A stretch of DNA of 64,000 nt from Marsupella aquatica. Lineage: Eukaryota > Plantae > Marchantiophyta. This document shows, piece by piece, positions 24,049 to 37,492 of this stretch; the stretch's first letter is position 1; every line of letters starts with the position of its first letter. The position numbers and the translations under genes were made by a program. The notes below the pieces were generated by a model. It was not told where the DNA came from and did no database searches. It was given only the letters and a program-made list of their open reading frames with translations. Where the stretch lies: positions 8,123,875 to 8,187,874 of the forward strand of contig OZ316891.1 in NCBI GenBank assembly GCA_973895155.1. The letters run 5' to 3'.

Positions 24049-27000
24049 ATGGGGTCTCGAAATCCTAGAGTGATACGCCTATCCGAATCAGCTCCACCCA
24101 AAAATTATGACGCTATTTCTGATGGGCTGGATGGCCAAGAGCCAAAGGAGGAGAAGAAGCCTGAGCGACCGAGCCTCGTGGGGAGTATAAAGGAAAAGGG
24201 ATTTTCCATCGATCCCCTTCCCCGCCACAGAGTTTCTCTACCTCAGCACCGAGTCACCCCCTTTCCAGTTGCTCGCCACCGATCAGATGGCCCGGTTCGT
24301 CTATCTTTTCATGTCCTGAGTGTGTTCCCCTTGTACATAAGAATTCGGACTGCTCCCCATATCGTTGGAAAAGTTGTTCCTGAAATGCTTATTCTGAGTA
24401 TGACAACGGAACAGAGAGAGCAAAATTTTATGGAAGTCGGAGGCTTGGTTTCTTCTCCTATAGATTGTCCTTCTTGTTGATGAAATTGCGGAATTGTAAC
24501 CTTCAAGAATTGAGCATGGCTTTCTAAAAAACAAATTGGTCAGAATTTTGTATTATGCTCCTTCTAATCTGGACGCAGTTGTGCTATCCCGATGCAGCAT
24601 TGGGGACCGCCTTCATCTAAGGAATCTTCTGATCCAGTCATTGAATTTACCGAGGACCACGAAGGAGCGGAGACTTCAGCTGCTGAGATGGCTGTGCCCC
24701 TGAGCCGGAGGAAACCTGCACAGTCACTAACCAGTAAATGGAAAGTTAGCCGGAAGTCTGAGCTCACCATCAGTTCTCAAATCCAAAACGAATTTGATGA
24801 TACTCGGCAGCAGAATGAACCACAAGAGATTTCCAAAGGAAGAATTGAGAGACGTGATTATGGGGGTCAAACGATGGAGTCCGGTAAAGTGGAGGAAGTT
24901 GTGGCTAACCACAAAGACTCCATTGCAAAACCGAGTCACAAAGAGCGGAGTACGAATGGTATTTCACAGAAGTTAGGGCATCAAGAGGTTAGTAAATATG
25001 TGCAATCAGATGCAGCCTCAGCTGTAGAGATTAGACAAGACCAAAGTCAGATGTCGTCGCTTACGTTAGTGGAGGATAGAATTGACATGGGAAGAGCACA
25101 CTCGAAAGCAACTCAGCAGGCCACTCAGTCAGGGCTAAATGCATCCACCAATCTGGAAATAGATGCCGAGAATAGAAAGGCATTGTTTGAAATGTCAGCT
25201 AAAGATGTCGCAGAAGCACAAGCTGAGCTCAGTCAGAAATTGCGGCCTGAGCTTTTGGAACTCTTGAGGAGAAGAGGTGCAGAAAAGGAGAGGAAGAGAC
25301 TCGCAGAAAAGACAGGGACCAGTGTTGAGGGAAGTAATCGTCCAGTCGCTCGTCCAGGTGACAAGAAAGAAGTTGCAGGACCACAATCTTCCTCTCCAGC
25401 TGAAGATATTAGGGCTATAGCAAGCATCCAGCGAGGTGTCAAGAGAATGACACTAGCTGATAACCAGGCTGCCTCCAAACAGGCCGAAACTGTACGAGGA
25501 ACCACAGTCGGACCTGCGGATTTATTGACTGCCGCGCGCTCTTCGACTCAAGAAGAATTACCATTAAATGAGGCAGCGGGCGAGAGCATTCCCCCGCCTC
25601 CCACAACGGACCCATGGACGCTAAGGGTCGAGGCTGTGAGATCAATGCGATTTGATCTGAACGGAAGTTTTGTGTCATTGGGCCCTCCTCAAAGCGTTGA
25701 AGACGTCCAATCCAACCTTGCCGGTACGGTTTCCTTCGGAAACTAGCACTGAAATGGATATGTATTTCCTCTTTCTCGCCTTCTGGCCGCTTTCAAGGGT
25801 ATCATATCATAATTGCAAATTTGAATTCTCGTAGTGCAATAGAAAAACTAAGCAGTTGCTTCAAAGAACAAAATTCGGGGCTCTTGCAAGAAATCGCTTA
25901 TTTATGACCGGTCTTTGTGCTGTAGTTGCATTGTGTGCTTCCGCTTTGCAATGTTCTTTGTCCTTTTTACCTTGGATTTGAAAAACCGTCTTCTTCTGTT
26001 GTTGCTAAGAGATTTCCTTAACTTGACCATTCATGTCCTGATGATTCGATGGTGTTTTACTTTTGTGTCTCTTTCGTTTATGTTTTAATGTCATCCTATC
26101 AGCCATTGTCGCTTTTTGGTTTGCTCCAATCTCCAAGCCTTCTTTTCTCTCCGATTGCTGCTGCAAGTAAATCGTTGTGATCAATGCAAAATATGAGCTT
26201 GAGCTTGTGCAAAAATGATGACGCTGCATTTGTTATTGCTGGCTGGGAGCAGCAGGTGTTCCTGCCAACGGAATGCAGAGCTCTGTTAGTGTAGTTGAAC
26301 GCGATTACTTGCGGACTGAAGGTGATCCGGTCGGAGCTGGGTATTCATTGAAGGAAACTCTGGCTCTTGTGCGGAGCACGGTGAGTTATATCATATGTAA
26401 TGGTTATTAAGTCTACGTCTGCCCTTACCAATCATAGTGACAGTTTGCTACTGTGAGCCTTTGAAGAGTGCGTCCAACACCTTACAAGTGAAACCGTTGG
26501 TAAAAAAGAAGGTATTTCCGTCCTCTTTGTTCATCAGACCACTAGATGTAGCAGTCATGAGATTTGAACAGTGATGCATTGATATACCGTTTCCGTCCTC
26601 TTTGTTCATGAGACCACTAGATGTAGCAGTCATGAGATTTGAACAGTGATGCATTGACATACCGAACGCAGTAGAAGATGATGTATTGTATCTTTTTACT
26701 GCTCGGATGTTAACAACAGTGAGTTTGACATGTTCAGGTACCAGGTCAGAGAGCTGTTGCTCTCCATCTTATTGCATCGGTGCTTGATAAGGCAATTCAG
26801 GGCTTGCAAGATCAAAAGTTCAATCCATCCAGTGTCTTACATGGTGAAGCTGCAGGAGGGCGAACGGATTGGCAGGCTATTTGGGCGTACGCACTGGGCC
26901 CAGAGGCGGAATTGGTCTTAACGCTCAGGTACATGTGCGCTTGGCATATATCTTATTTGTCGTTCTTTTTCTAACCAGCTTCTTCTTCCTTGGACTTGCA

Positions 27001-30000
27001 GAACTACTTATTCGTTGAATTCGCCGTTTTTCTTCTGGAGATTCTTTGCTCTTTCCCTTTGTTGCGTTTTAAAGAAATTTTTTGTACGAGCAAAACAGGA
27101 TTGTCAAAAGAATGCAAGTATGTAAACCAGCACAATGGGTTTGCCCGTGGTCGGTTGTTTTACTGAGTCTTTCTGCTGCCCACGTTCTGATTGGCCCAGA
27201 TATCATATCAGGGTAAGGGGTTCAATGCTAATTGAGAACGTCATGTGCAGACTAGCTCTTGATGATGGACACTCGACGGTTGTGGCTGCATGTGCCAGGG
27301 CAATTCAAGCTTTGCTTAGCTACTCTGCTAATGAGAGCTATTTGGACTCTCTCGAGGTTTGTGAAGGGCTCACTGGGCCTCTGCTAATGCCTGCTGAAGC
27401 AGTGTCTGTATACATTTTGGCAACTCGGGTGCAATTTTTGTAGCTTGCAAGTGTTTTGGTTGTCATGATTTGCATAGCTACCTATGGGATACGAAATCTG
27501 GAAATGGACAGTAAATATTTACCCACTGCGATTTGATCTACGGCAGATCGGACGCTTTCCAGATTGAAACCTCATTTATACATACAAGAAAGAGGAGTTT
27601 CATCCTAGGTGGACTTCTTTGACACATCCATGCCATTCTGGCTTCTGACGGTGGCATGCTGTGGTCTATGGTTTGGTGTTGACTGTACAGAGCCTTTGGC
27701 CAGGAGGGAAAGCCGTCTACACTGCTCCCGTGTTTCGAAGAAAAACAAAGTACGATGAAGGCTTTATTGGTGGAGGTCGTTGGAAATACAATGTGAAGAC
27801 TAGCGAAATGTTCCCTTTCTCCGACACTGCAGCTCAAGAGAAAAGTGAAGAAGATAGCAACGATACAGTAGCAGATGACAGCCATGTTTCCAACAAAGAT
27901 GTGGCAGCTGGTCTGATAAGAATGGGGATTCTGCCACGAATTCGTTATTTACTTGAGGTTGCTCAATGTCCATAATGAAAGGACAGATTCTGGCTGTACT
28001 CCCTTTTGGACCTCGCTCAGAGGAACTTCATTCCATTTTCGCTGGACGAGCTGGCTTTGTCCTATTTTTGTTTCTCAATTACACTTCACGTTTCTGAATA
28101 CAACAGCCGACTTGTATTCCGTGTGCGAGATTGTAGATTTTCGGGTTTTGGTGCTCTCTCTGAGGTTGCTAGTTTGCGTTGCCTATAACCTAGGACACAA
28201 TAGAGTCTTAGATCTTGATGAGATCCTTTTTCGTTCCGTAACGTAAAGTAACTCACCTTTGGTCACAATGAATTGTTGACTACAGGTGGATCAGCTCATT
28301 GCAGCAGAAGAAGCCTTGTTGAATGTCTTGATTTGCTTGGCAAGGCACTCTCCTACAGCTGCAAATGCAGTTATGACTTGCCCTAGGCTTATCGATGCAA
28401 TTCTGCAACGCTTTATTGGCACGAATGAACATGTATCGGAGGAGTCATGGTCATCCAGGTTGAAGGCCATTCGATTGCTGAAGGTGCAGACCTTTCGAAC
28501 CCCTGATTTAGTCAGCAGCGTGAATGCAGTGGGATGTCTTAGTTGCAATCAACAGGACGTTTCTTCCAAGCATTGTTCCTTCCTGGCTCTGTAGGCTATT
28601 TTTCAGATTATGGAGCTGTTGCTCTCATAGAAGATCAGTAGGAGTGTTCTCTGGTATCGCTCAAATCGCCTTTATTCTTACTGCCTTCACAGACTACTGA
28701 TTCCACTGTTCCATTGCAGGTTCTATCACAGGCCAAACAAGCTAATTGTGTGCATTTTGAGAGGATTGGGGCACTGCAAGCAGTGATGGCACCCCTCCTA
28801 CGACAGGGTTATCTCAATGGCAATTCAGGGCTTGCCAGAGACTTAGAGCAAGGGTGTTATGAAATTAGGATTGAAACTGTTCGTTTCTGGCGGGTCTGTA
28901 TCGACTATGGGGTTGGTATTCTACTATTTTCAGATTGCTATTCAACCCTTTGCTTCTGGCTACTGCCGTTGTCTAAGCAAGAAATTCTTAGCGCAGGCAA
29001 AGATGAGCCTTTGTTATTAGCAATGGAGTCATATTTGCTCCTTGAGCACATTGCGAGAACCCTGCCTACACTACATGCGCAAGGTGACCTAATGAAACAG
29101 ATGGACGGGGTAAATTGGTCTTGGAGTGTTGCACAGGCAATGATCGACACTGCCATGAAGTGGTTGTCACCGGAATGTATACTGGGGGTGCAAGTATTAC
29201 TAGAGCAATGTGTACTGGCACCTAAAAAACAATCTCAGGGAATAATAAAAATGAAGAGCACTACAACAAGGGTATTGGGACTAGTGGCATCTGTATTGCA
29301 CTTTCTAGCAACTGTTTGCGAGAAAATTGTTTCAGAGAAGCAACTACATTGTGTCCTTGAGGATCCTGAGAGCTTCTCCCTTCCCTGGTTACCTACTTTT
29401 CTTCCAAAGTTGGGATTGGCCCTTGCTCGAAGTGGGCTGCTAGATTATTCACAAATGGACCTCCATGCGGAAATGCCAAAATCTGCAATTCAGTCCGACG
29501 TGTCTACGGCGATGTCAAAACTGCCAGGTCCTGCCCCGGAGAAGGTGGTCACATTTCTGGGATGTTTGAATTTCTGCCAAACACAGGCAGATTACGATTC
29601 TGCCTTAGTTGCCATCAATTGTCTCAATGCATTAGTGCGTGTGAATAGTGTAGTTGATAGCTTGATTTACGTTGCCAAACCAAAAGCTTGTCCGCCACTT
29701 GAGAACCAGACTCTTGCTCACAGAGTCTTAGAACAGGGTCTACTGCTTTCTGCTGAAACGCAATTGAGAAATTTGCTGGTTCTCTGCAAGGAGAATGTTA
29801 TGTTGAAGAAAGAGCTTCTGCAGATGAGTGTCAGAGGTGGACCTGCCCCTGGCGTAGGAATTGGCTGGGGTTGCTTATGTGGTGGTGCTTGGTCAAAAGA
29901 ACTCATGACTGCGCAAGCCAGTGCCAAGCTGGCCCTAGACTTGATGTCAGTATTTTCTTCAAGAGTCTGGCTAAGCCGTTCAGACCATGAAGGACATGCA

Positions 30001-32174
30001 AGAATTGAACGAAGTGAGCCATCTCAACAATTGCTCGGGGTCCTATCATCAAATATTAACTTTTCTTTGTCAGTTATAGCGACCTCGACCGCCGTAAACA
30101 GAGAGCTAGTGCTCAGAGCATGTTCTAGTATCATTTTCCATCCCTCGACGCTGTCATTTTTAATACAAAAGATAGGAGAGGTGCTAGTAAGTTGGAGGGG
30201 CAACAGAGCCGACGACGAAGGCTTCCAGGTTGAAAGTCATGATTCTGAGGATAAGATTTTGGATCAAGATTATCTAAGCAACATTCTTCTTATGCATTGT
30301 GAGAACTTCTGGTTGGTATACAAAAAGAGGAAGGGCAAGCAGGACGTGGCGTATAAGGCACCTTCTAAGAGAAGGAGTGATGCGTTGGGATCAAAACTTG
30401 CCACAGTGCAGGAGGAATCTGGCGAAGCTTCAGTTCGTCATCCTGAAAGTTTGATGATAGAATGGGTAGGACAGAGATTGCCTCTACCGTCGCATTGGTT
30501 TCTCAGTCCGATGGTTGGAAATTTTCTACTATCCAGTGCGAAAAATGGTACTGACTCTGTTAGTAAAGAGACCGCTGAGCTTGAGGAAGTCATCAAAGCC
30601 GGCCTTGTGTTTTTCCTCGGCTTTGAATTTCTTGCAGCTAAGGTTTCAGACGATCATTTCATAAATGCCCATATTCCATTGGTCAGGAAGGTGCACAGTT
30701 TGTCTACTGTCTTTGTTTCTGGGGGTGATGTTTTTCTTGACCCTAGTGCTCGAGATCTGATTGGGGCTCTCCAGAACCTTCTTGGGAACCAGATTGGCAG
30801 GCGAATGGCTAATTGCACTGGAGGAAATAGAGCGAGTGGGGATGAGACGGATGGGTTTAACGGGCATGGTTTCCGGGCATCAAGTGTTGTACAGGTTGAG
30901 ACCACTCCTGGAGATGTGTTGGAGAGTGAGTCAATCATGACTAGGGCAGCAATTGTTGTACAGGATGAGACCATTCCTGCAGATATGACGAGGACTGAGT
31001 CAATCATTGTTGAAGAGGATACAGCGTTAGACTTTGAAGGCTCTATCGATACGAGCTATGTGAATTATGCAGAGACTATTGCAGAGCAGTTTGTTGCCGC
31101 TTCCTATGGTGATCAAGTTTTTGGTCGCCAGGTTGCTCTGCATTTGTGTGTCGATGTTCCTCCTATGATTAGATTGGCAACATGGCGAGTTCTCACTGAT
31201 GGAAGGGTTTTGGAACTTCTTCCACCTTTGAGTGACTGTGCTGGTCCACCCCAAAACTACCTTTACCCAATTGAGGCAAGTATTCAGAAAACTTCTATTG
31301 TATACTATTGTTTTACGTGTCGATATTGATGGGCCCCTCTAGTATAGTTGATTCCACTGAAACTGGTCTATGTCCTTGATGTCTAATTCGCTTGGTGCTT
31401 TCCCATCTGAGTGTCGGCAGTTACTGGTGATTAATGATCCTTGATTTGAACGACTGATAAATCCTGCAGGCAAATCAGCAGATGCTCGAATCATTCGTAT
31501 CAGCATGGTCGTCTGGTGCTCTTGACAAAGCAGCCAAGCGAAACTCGTTGTCGTTTACCCTGGCATTACATCACCTTGCGGGGTACCTTTCTGACACTTC
31601 AGATACAGAAGAAACACTTTTGTGGAAGAGGAAGTCTGCAAGAGCATTGGTACGAAGCACAGTTCGGAAAGTGGAGCGTAAGGTAAATTTGCAAGATTGT
31701 CCCTGTTCTTGGTGGTTTTGTGTACATATCCCGATTCGGTGTAGGAAAATGTGGGACGTAAATGATTGTCGTTTGTTCTTGTACTTGATGAAGTAGGCAT
31801 ATTGACATCCTCACTTTCAGAGGTACAGGTCCTGAGCAGAATTTGATTTGAATTATAAATGCAGCTGATCTTCGTTGTGGTATCCAATGTTTTTGCTGTC
31901 TTTTACCAATAGGCATGCCTTACCCACTGATTCTAACTCAAGCGAGTGATCACAGGAGATGCTCTCAAGATTTGTTCAGTATGTCCCAGTCTGTTTTCCC
32001 CTCAATGGCGGGCAGCCTATGGACGAAGCTGAGACGAAATTGACCGAACAATTGAAGTTGAGGCTGTCCCTTCTACTGAAGGCTTGTGAAGGAGATAGGT
32101 CACTCATAGCAGAAGTCCAACAGTTGGAGAAGCTTGTATTCAGCAGAGTCGGGGACTCTGTTGGCGGCGGGTAG
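24049..32174 (+). CDS. IYO: Transcriptional elongation regulator MINIYO / RNA polymerase II-associated protein 1 (RPAP1), about 1748 aa
   Basis: Exons 24049-24294, 24598-25723, 26256-26380, 26738-26928, 27251-27356, 27691-27957, 28286-28483, 28720-31275, 31470-31682 and 31956-32174 (5247 nt, frame-consistent; intron 8 is GC-AG). Motifs: LVGSIKEKG, PFPVARHRSDGP|HW, RPAP1_N-like EIDAENRKALFEMS...LLRRRG, RPAP1_C-like ERDYLRTEGDP.GAGYSLKE...RST|VPGQR, RGGPAPGVGIGWG, EWVGQRLPLPSHWFLSP and QFVAASYGD..FGRQV. Confidence 0.93.
26515..26664. repeat. Intronic tandem duplication, 75-bp unit x2
   Basis: tttccgtcctctttgttcat.agaccactagatgtagcagtcatgagatttgaacagtgatgcattga.ataccg starts at 26515 and 26590. 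Confidence 0.95.
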
Positions 32175-33296
32175 TTCAGCACACTTTGAATATGGATGGC
32201 CAACAGCTGTGATTCTGTAATATTTCAAATCGCGCATAGTTCCAGGGCACGCTGACGTGCATAGTTATTTTGAAAACATCACATGAATTATGGTAATTGA
32301 CAAGGTGTATCGGCAGAGTTTCAGAAATCGATCTTCGAGTTAGAAAAATTTAGTGGCACAGTTGAACTAGTTGCAGATTTTTGCTGGAACTTCTGCCACG
32401 TGGGACATATGGTCACTTAGATAAGACATGGAGCATTATCTTGCAGCCTGATTGCTGTGTTAGATAGTCAACAAGGTTATGCCAACTACGAAGGACGCTG
32501 GGCACAGAAACTAGTGAAGTTAGTATGGCGTCACAAAGTGGGCATGCAAATTGGGTGGTTGAAGTTGATAGAGTATCTCTCTACTTTTCCTGTCCTTTAT
32601 ATGGTTTTGGATATATTTGAAGAGGATTGGGCTATCCAAGGGGAATGCTTGTCTATGATGAGGTTGTGATGTGTTTGAAGAGGATTGGTCTTTCCAGCCT
32701 AATCTATGGCCAATTGAGTATTCAAGTGGGAGGAATCATCGTCCATTATGTGGTTGTGATGTATATGGGATTGGTCTTTCCAGCCCATCTATGACTGAGT
32801 ATTCACCTGGGAGTAAATTGCTTAAGCCTTCTCTTAAGTTCTTGAAGAAAGTAGTGAAGTGCTGTATTTTCCTCCCCAAACCTCGTGGACTGTGGCACAA
32901 TAAAGGGAATGATGAATAGAGCATATGATGAATGGACCATTCCTCTCAGGAGTTTTTCAGAAGTTGTGAGACACATCTTTATGACACCAACCGAATGAGG
33001 CTCTGGCTCTGAGGCGCCTCAACTTGGGTATGCTTCCTTATCTCAATTCTCCCTTTACTACAGTCTTTTGGACGGAGAAGGGAAGTCCCTTTGCTTTTGC
33101 GCTTACATTGGTCGGCCCATCTTACGCGCCAGACCTACTTGGGGTGTCTCAAATATACAAAAAAAATTGAACACAAAGAAGTTCTGAATGGAACTCATTT
33201 GAATATCAATTTATCAGTAAAAAACCTTGCTGAGCACCCAAGTGTATAACTGGGCCCTCTTCCACTGGGGTAGTCAAATACGAGTGGGGTCACTGC

Positions 33297-33628
33297 ACTA
33301 TATGCGATTGAGTTTCCTGCGAACATCAGGACCTCTTACAGTTCTCGGGGGTGACTGGTCAGGCCTCACATTCGGTGCCAGACTAGTCCTTCCCGCTGCC
33401 CCGACCCACAACAGTCCCAGGTGTGGTCAGGTGTGAAATTGACCATATTTGAGACTCCCTACTATATGCGATTGAGTTTCCTGCTAACATCAGGACCTCT
33501 TACAATTATCGGGTGTGACTGGTTGGGCCTCACATTCGGCGCCAGACTAGTCCTTCCCGCTGCCCCGACCCACAACAGTCCCGGGTGTGGTCAGATGTGA
33601 AAATTGACCATATTTGAAACTCCCTACT
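33297..33628. repeat. Tandem duplication (164-bp unit x2), part of a dispersed repeat family
   Basis: actatatgcgattgagtttcctgc...tatttgagactccctact starts at 33297 and 33461. Parts of it also occur inverted at 54412-54473. Confidence 0.9.
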
Positions 33629-34026
33629 GGATCATGATGCTTGGGCTCCCCTACTCGAGTTTTCACAGGTCGGCAGGGATTAGGGTATAGACACGGGTTT
33701 AGGGTTTAGGGTCACGGAGGGTTGAGGGAAAATGCGGTCATCATTTGTACTGTACAGTCTACCGTGTCTAAGTGCAAGCTCCCGGGAAGACACCCCAAGC
33801 CTGCAGTTATCCACGTTCTGCACTTCTCCATATGTGTTTGTTGCACTTTCCAATAAGTGCCTATGAAATCACTTATGCACTTCCACAAATGTTTTGTCAG
33901 GTCATACGCATGGACTTCTCATACCCAGAATCCTCATAGTCCACCATTCAACTGAATAAGTGCATGAAACTACAATCTGTAGTTGTTTGTTGCACTTATC
34001 AAAAAATGCTTCTAACATATGTGTTG

Positions 34027-34318
34027 CAGTCATTGATTAATGCATCTGTACTCTTATAGAATGAAAACGCCCTGATGTATATGTCCTTTAGTGATGGGCA
34101 ACCTGCACTTACAGACGGTGCATTTTGAGGTGCATTTACAAAGAATTTGCTCTATATTGAGGGACTACAGTCATTGATTAATGCATTTGTACTCTTATAG
34201 AATGAAAACGCCCTTATATGTATGTCCTTTAGTGATGGGCAACGTGCACTTACAGACGGTGCATTGGTGCATTTTTAGGTGCATTTACAAAGAATTTGCT
34301 CTATTATTGAGGGACTAC
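34027..34318. repeat. Tandem duplication, about 141-bp unit x2
   Basis: cagtcattgattaatgcat.tgtactcttatagaatgaaaacgccct...ttgagggacta starts at 34027 and 34168. Confidence 0.92.
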
Positions 34319-34498
34319 ACGACTACCCTTGTGCAGTTACCCAAGGAATGCAGTTATACACGCTGCAGGGTACACTGTAGTTCCTCTTGGGGATGGGTTA
34401 CCCTACACGTTTTTCTCCATTCGACAGTGTTCACATGTGAGCCTCATGATAACAGACAGTCTAATGTCAGTGGAGAATAGGAGGTGGTGACTGTAGTG

Positions 34499-37492
34499 AA
34501 ATATATATATCACATTGCCCAAGGGCAAAAAAATGCCGAACCGGGAGACATGATCCCAATGGCAAAGAAACCCAATGAAGGAAAGGAAAAGGGGGAAGGG
34601 CCCCAAGAAAAACATGCCAAGGGGACCCCAACCAACAGACAACGAAGAAGCAGGGGCCAAATACAGGAACCAACCAAAGAGCCAAGAAGGCCTACACCCT
34701 ACTGAGCGGAGAACTGAAAAGCCTGGTAGAGCTCTGGAGTAAACCGCATAGGAGGGTCACGTAGCGGAACCTACCGGGAAGCCCTAAAACCAACTGCCTC
34801 AACCCTACAAAAGGAGGGTGAAAGCCTGGGCCCGCTGAAGAGCCACAGACACCCGCTGCCGAAAAAAGGCGGTGAGGACAGAAACAGGGGGGAAAGGCCT
34901 CCGCTCAATACAAAACACTGCACAGGCCCGTAAGAACTGGTCAAAGGTAGGGTGGAGAGCACCAAAAACCTCAAGGGCAAGCAGGTAGAAAAGGTCCCCC
35001 GGGTAGCGAACCGCATAGGCCTGCCTCCTCCGTGAGCCGAGCTGCCTTGGCTGCAGCATGGCCAGGCACATGGACAGCGACCACAACATGGCTCCCCCAG
35101 TAGGGTCAGCAACAACAACATCCCCAAGAGCACGAAACCCAGCCCTAGAAAAGACCAGATCCGCGCGCCGCCGGTCACCAAAACCATCCCGAGGGGGAAG
35201 AACATGTCGTTGCTCCATGGTGACATGGTAACCAGAGTCCCGTGCAATGGCAGCCACCACATCCCGTATGTCATCATGGGTGGCAGTCCGCTCACTCCTG
35301 TGGCCGCACCAGAGAATATGAACTCTCAACAAATCCAACGATGCCCCACAAACACACGTGGGTTGGCCAAGAAGGCAAGGGTGAGGAAGTCCCAATCGAA
35401 GGCGCAACGAAGTGGTAAAGAGAAAGGAGCTCAGACAGAAAGGGGCCCACAAAGGACTTGCAGATAACCAAGCTCCAGAACCCGTACCCGCGCAAGAGGA
35501 GGCGAGCACGAACCAAGTTGGAAGGTGCATCGGAGAGCATGCTGGAAAGGGTGTGACGGTGCATGCGATCGGAGATCACCTGCTGGACACGGTCCAGACT
35601 GTCAAGAACCACCTCCATGAAATGAGGAACAACGGCCTGAACAACCTCGGGCAGGAGAGAACCGGTGTGGCGAAGGCAGATCTGGAAGGGGAGAACTCCC
35701 TCCTCAACCCCCATGACATGGTCAAAGAGTATGGGCTGGAGATCCACAATGAAACGAGCAGCAAGGGCAGGGGCCACCTGCGCCCAACTCCCAAGGAATG
35801 CACAAGGGGCAATAGAAACAGCCAAGGAAATACCCATGCCACTGCCGGAAGGCGGTAGGGCAGCCTGCCGAGCGGCAAAAGAACCATCCTCTCCGTCAAG
35901 GGCTCCAGGGCCAATAAGGTGTCCAAAGGTCCCCATCACAGTGGTGTCAAAGGATGACAACAATGACAAAAACAAAGGAGTGGGCGGAACAGTCCGAAGC
36001 AGGTATGAGGGGCGGCGGGCAAAGCACTGGACCAAAATCATGAAGGCAATCTGAACGTCGCCAAGGGCCACCAACTGGGCGATGTGAAGAACATCCTGAG
36101 ATAATGCCACCTGCAAAAAGTCACGGACAAAAGCATCCTCCCCAAATGGGACCCCAAGGACCCGAATGCCCTCCTCACGAAGGGGGACACCAAGTGGAGG
36201 GGAGAAAGAATCCGGGAGAGGATGCGGAGACCAGACCCCGCACTTCCGAGACTATACCGAAAGGCCAAGAAGCGCCAACTGGTCAACAAAGTGGAGATAA
36301 GCAACACCAAGGATTGAGGTGGGCCCAACCAGATGAGTGTCATCAGCAATGGACGGAAACATGCACCCCGGAAAGGCAAGTGAAGAGGCCCGGAGAGCCC
36401 GAAAGTGTGCCATGGCAAATAAAGCCCCACCAATGGGATCCCCCTGCCGAGTACAAGACTCAGAAAGAATAGTCGTGGAAGAGCCAGGACTAAGGCGATC
36501 AGGATAGAACAACAGGGCAGGAATCCCATAGAAGGCCCGAACAAAAGGAATGAGGGATGCAATCTCCCCACCCGCCTCCTGCAACTCCTCAAAAATAGCA
36601 CGTCGAGAGACAGTGTTGAAGGCGTTGGCCACGTCCACCTGGAGGACCGCCCACTCAGGATGGATATCCGCGATCGCACGCAGGCCATGCACAACACTCT
36701 CACAACCCCCAGGGGTGGCCACTCCAAACTGATGAGGGGAGAGGTGAGAAGCAAAACGTGACCGAGTCTGAAAGCAAACACAACGACTGATCATCCGATA
36801 AAGAACCTCACCAATAGCGAGGGGCCGCACCCCAGAAGGCGCCTTAGCCATGGCCACGAGACGGCTGGCCCCCAGGAGCCTGGCCATAACTGGAGGAATA
36901 CGGCCCCCGGCAACATGCGCACAAACATGGAAAAGCTGAGAAAAGCCTGATGCTGAGTCATCAGGAAGAAAGCAGTCCCGTAAGTGCTCAAACATCATCC
37001 CCGAGACACCGGCAGCCGAAAGGCGGGGGAGGTGAAGGAAAACAGAAATGAACACCTCCCTGGATAGGGAAAACTCATACTCGGGTACAAAGTTGGCAAC
37101 AAGCCCCGGGACTTCGACAGACACCGGGGGATGAAGGGACCAAAGAGCGGCAATGGTCTCCTCCGAGGAAGGTGCAGGCGCGAGGCTCACAAGAAGGGGG
37201 GTGAACAGGTAGGCCCCCCACCGGAGAGGAAGGTGGGGAAACAAGAGGAACAGGAGGGCAATCAGGGGGGTGAACCGGAAGGTACACCGGAGGAGAAAAG
37301 GGTGGGGCAGCAAAGGGAACAGGAGGGGCGGCAACAACAGGGGTAAAAACAGGAGTGGAAAGGGGGTCGGAAAAAGGAGGTCACATGTCGGGACGGGATT
37401 GGGGCCGGCCGCATGCACGGCCACAAAACCCGGAGGAGGTCCGGGGGAGGGGGGGGGGGCCGAGAGCAGGAAATCAATTTCTGACAATTCGT
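34499..37492 (-). mobile_element. CRE-clade non-LTR retrotransposon (RT, CCHC and restriction-like endonuclease), decayed, with a 12-bp TSD
   Basis: RT motifs VRPLAIGEVLYRM, HQFGVATPGGCE, LQVDVANAFN, TRQGDP and IADD. Zinc knuckle CVCG...HILWC. RLE region HDDIRD...RRADLVF...GDVVVADP, then ALEVFG and RQRVSVALQRAQA. There is an in-frame stop at 36252-36254 and several frameshifts, and a (TA)n 3' end. gtgactgtagtg flanks both sides (34487-34498 and 37493-37504). Confidence 0.88.
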
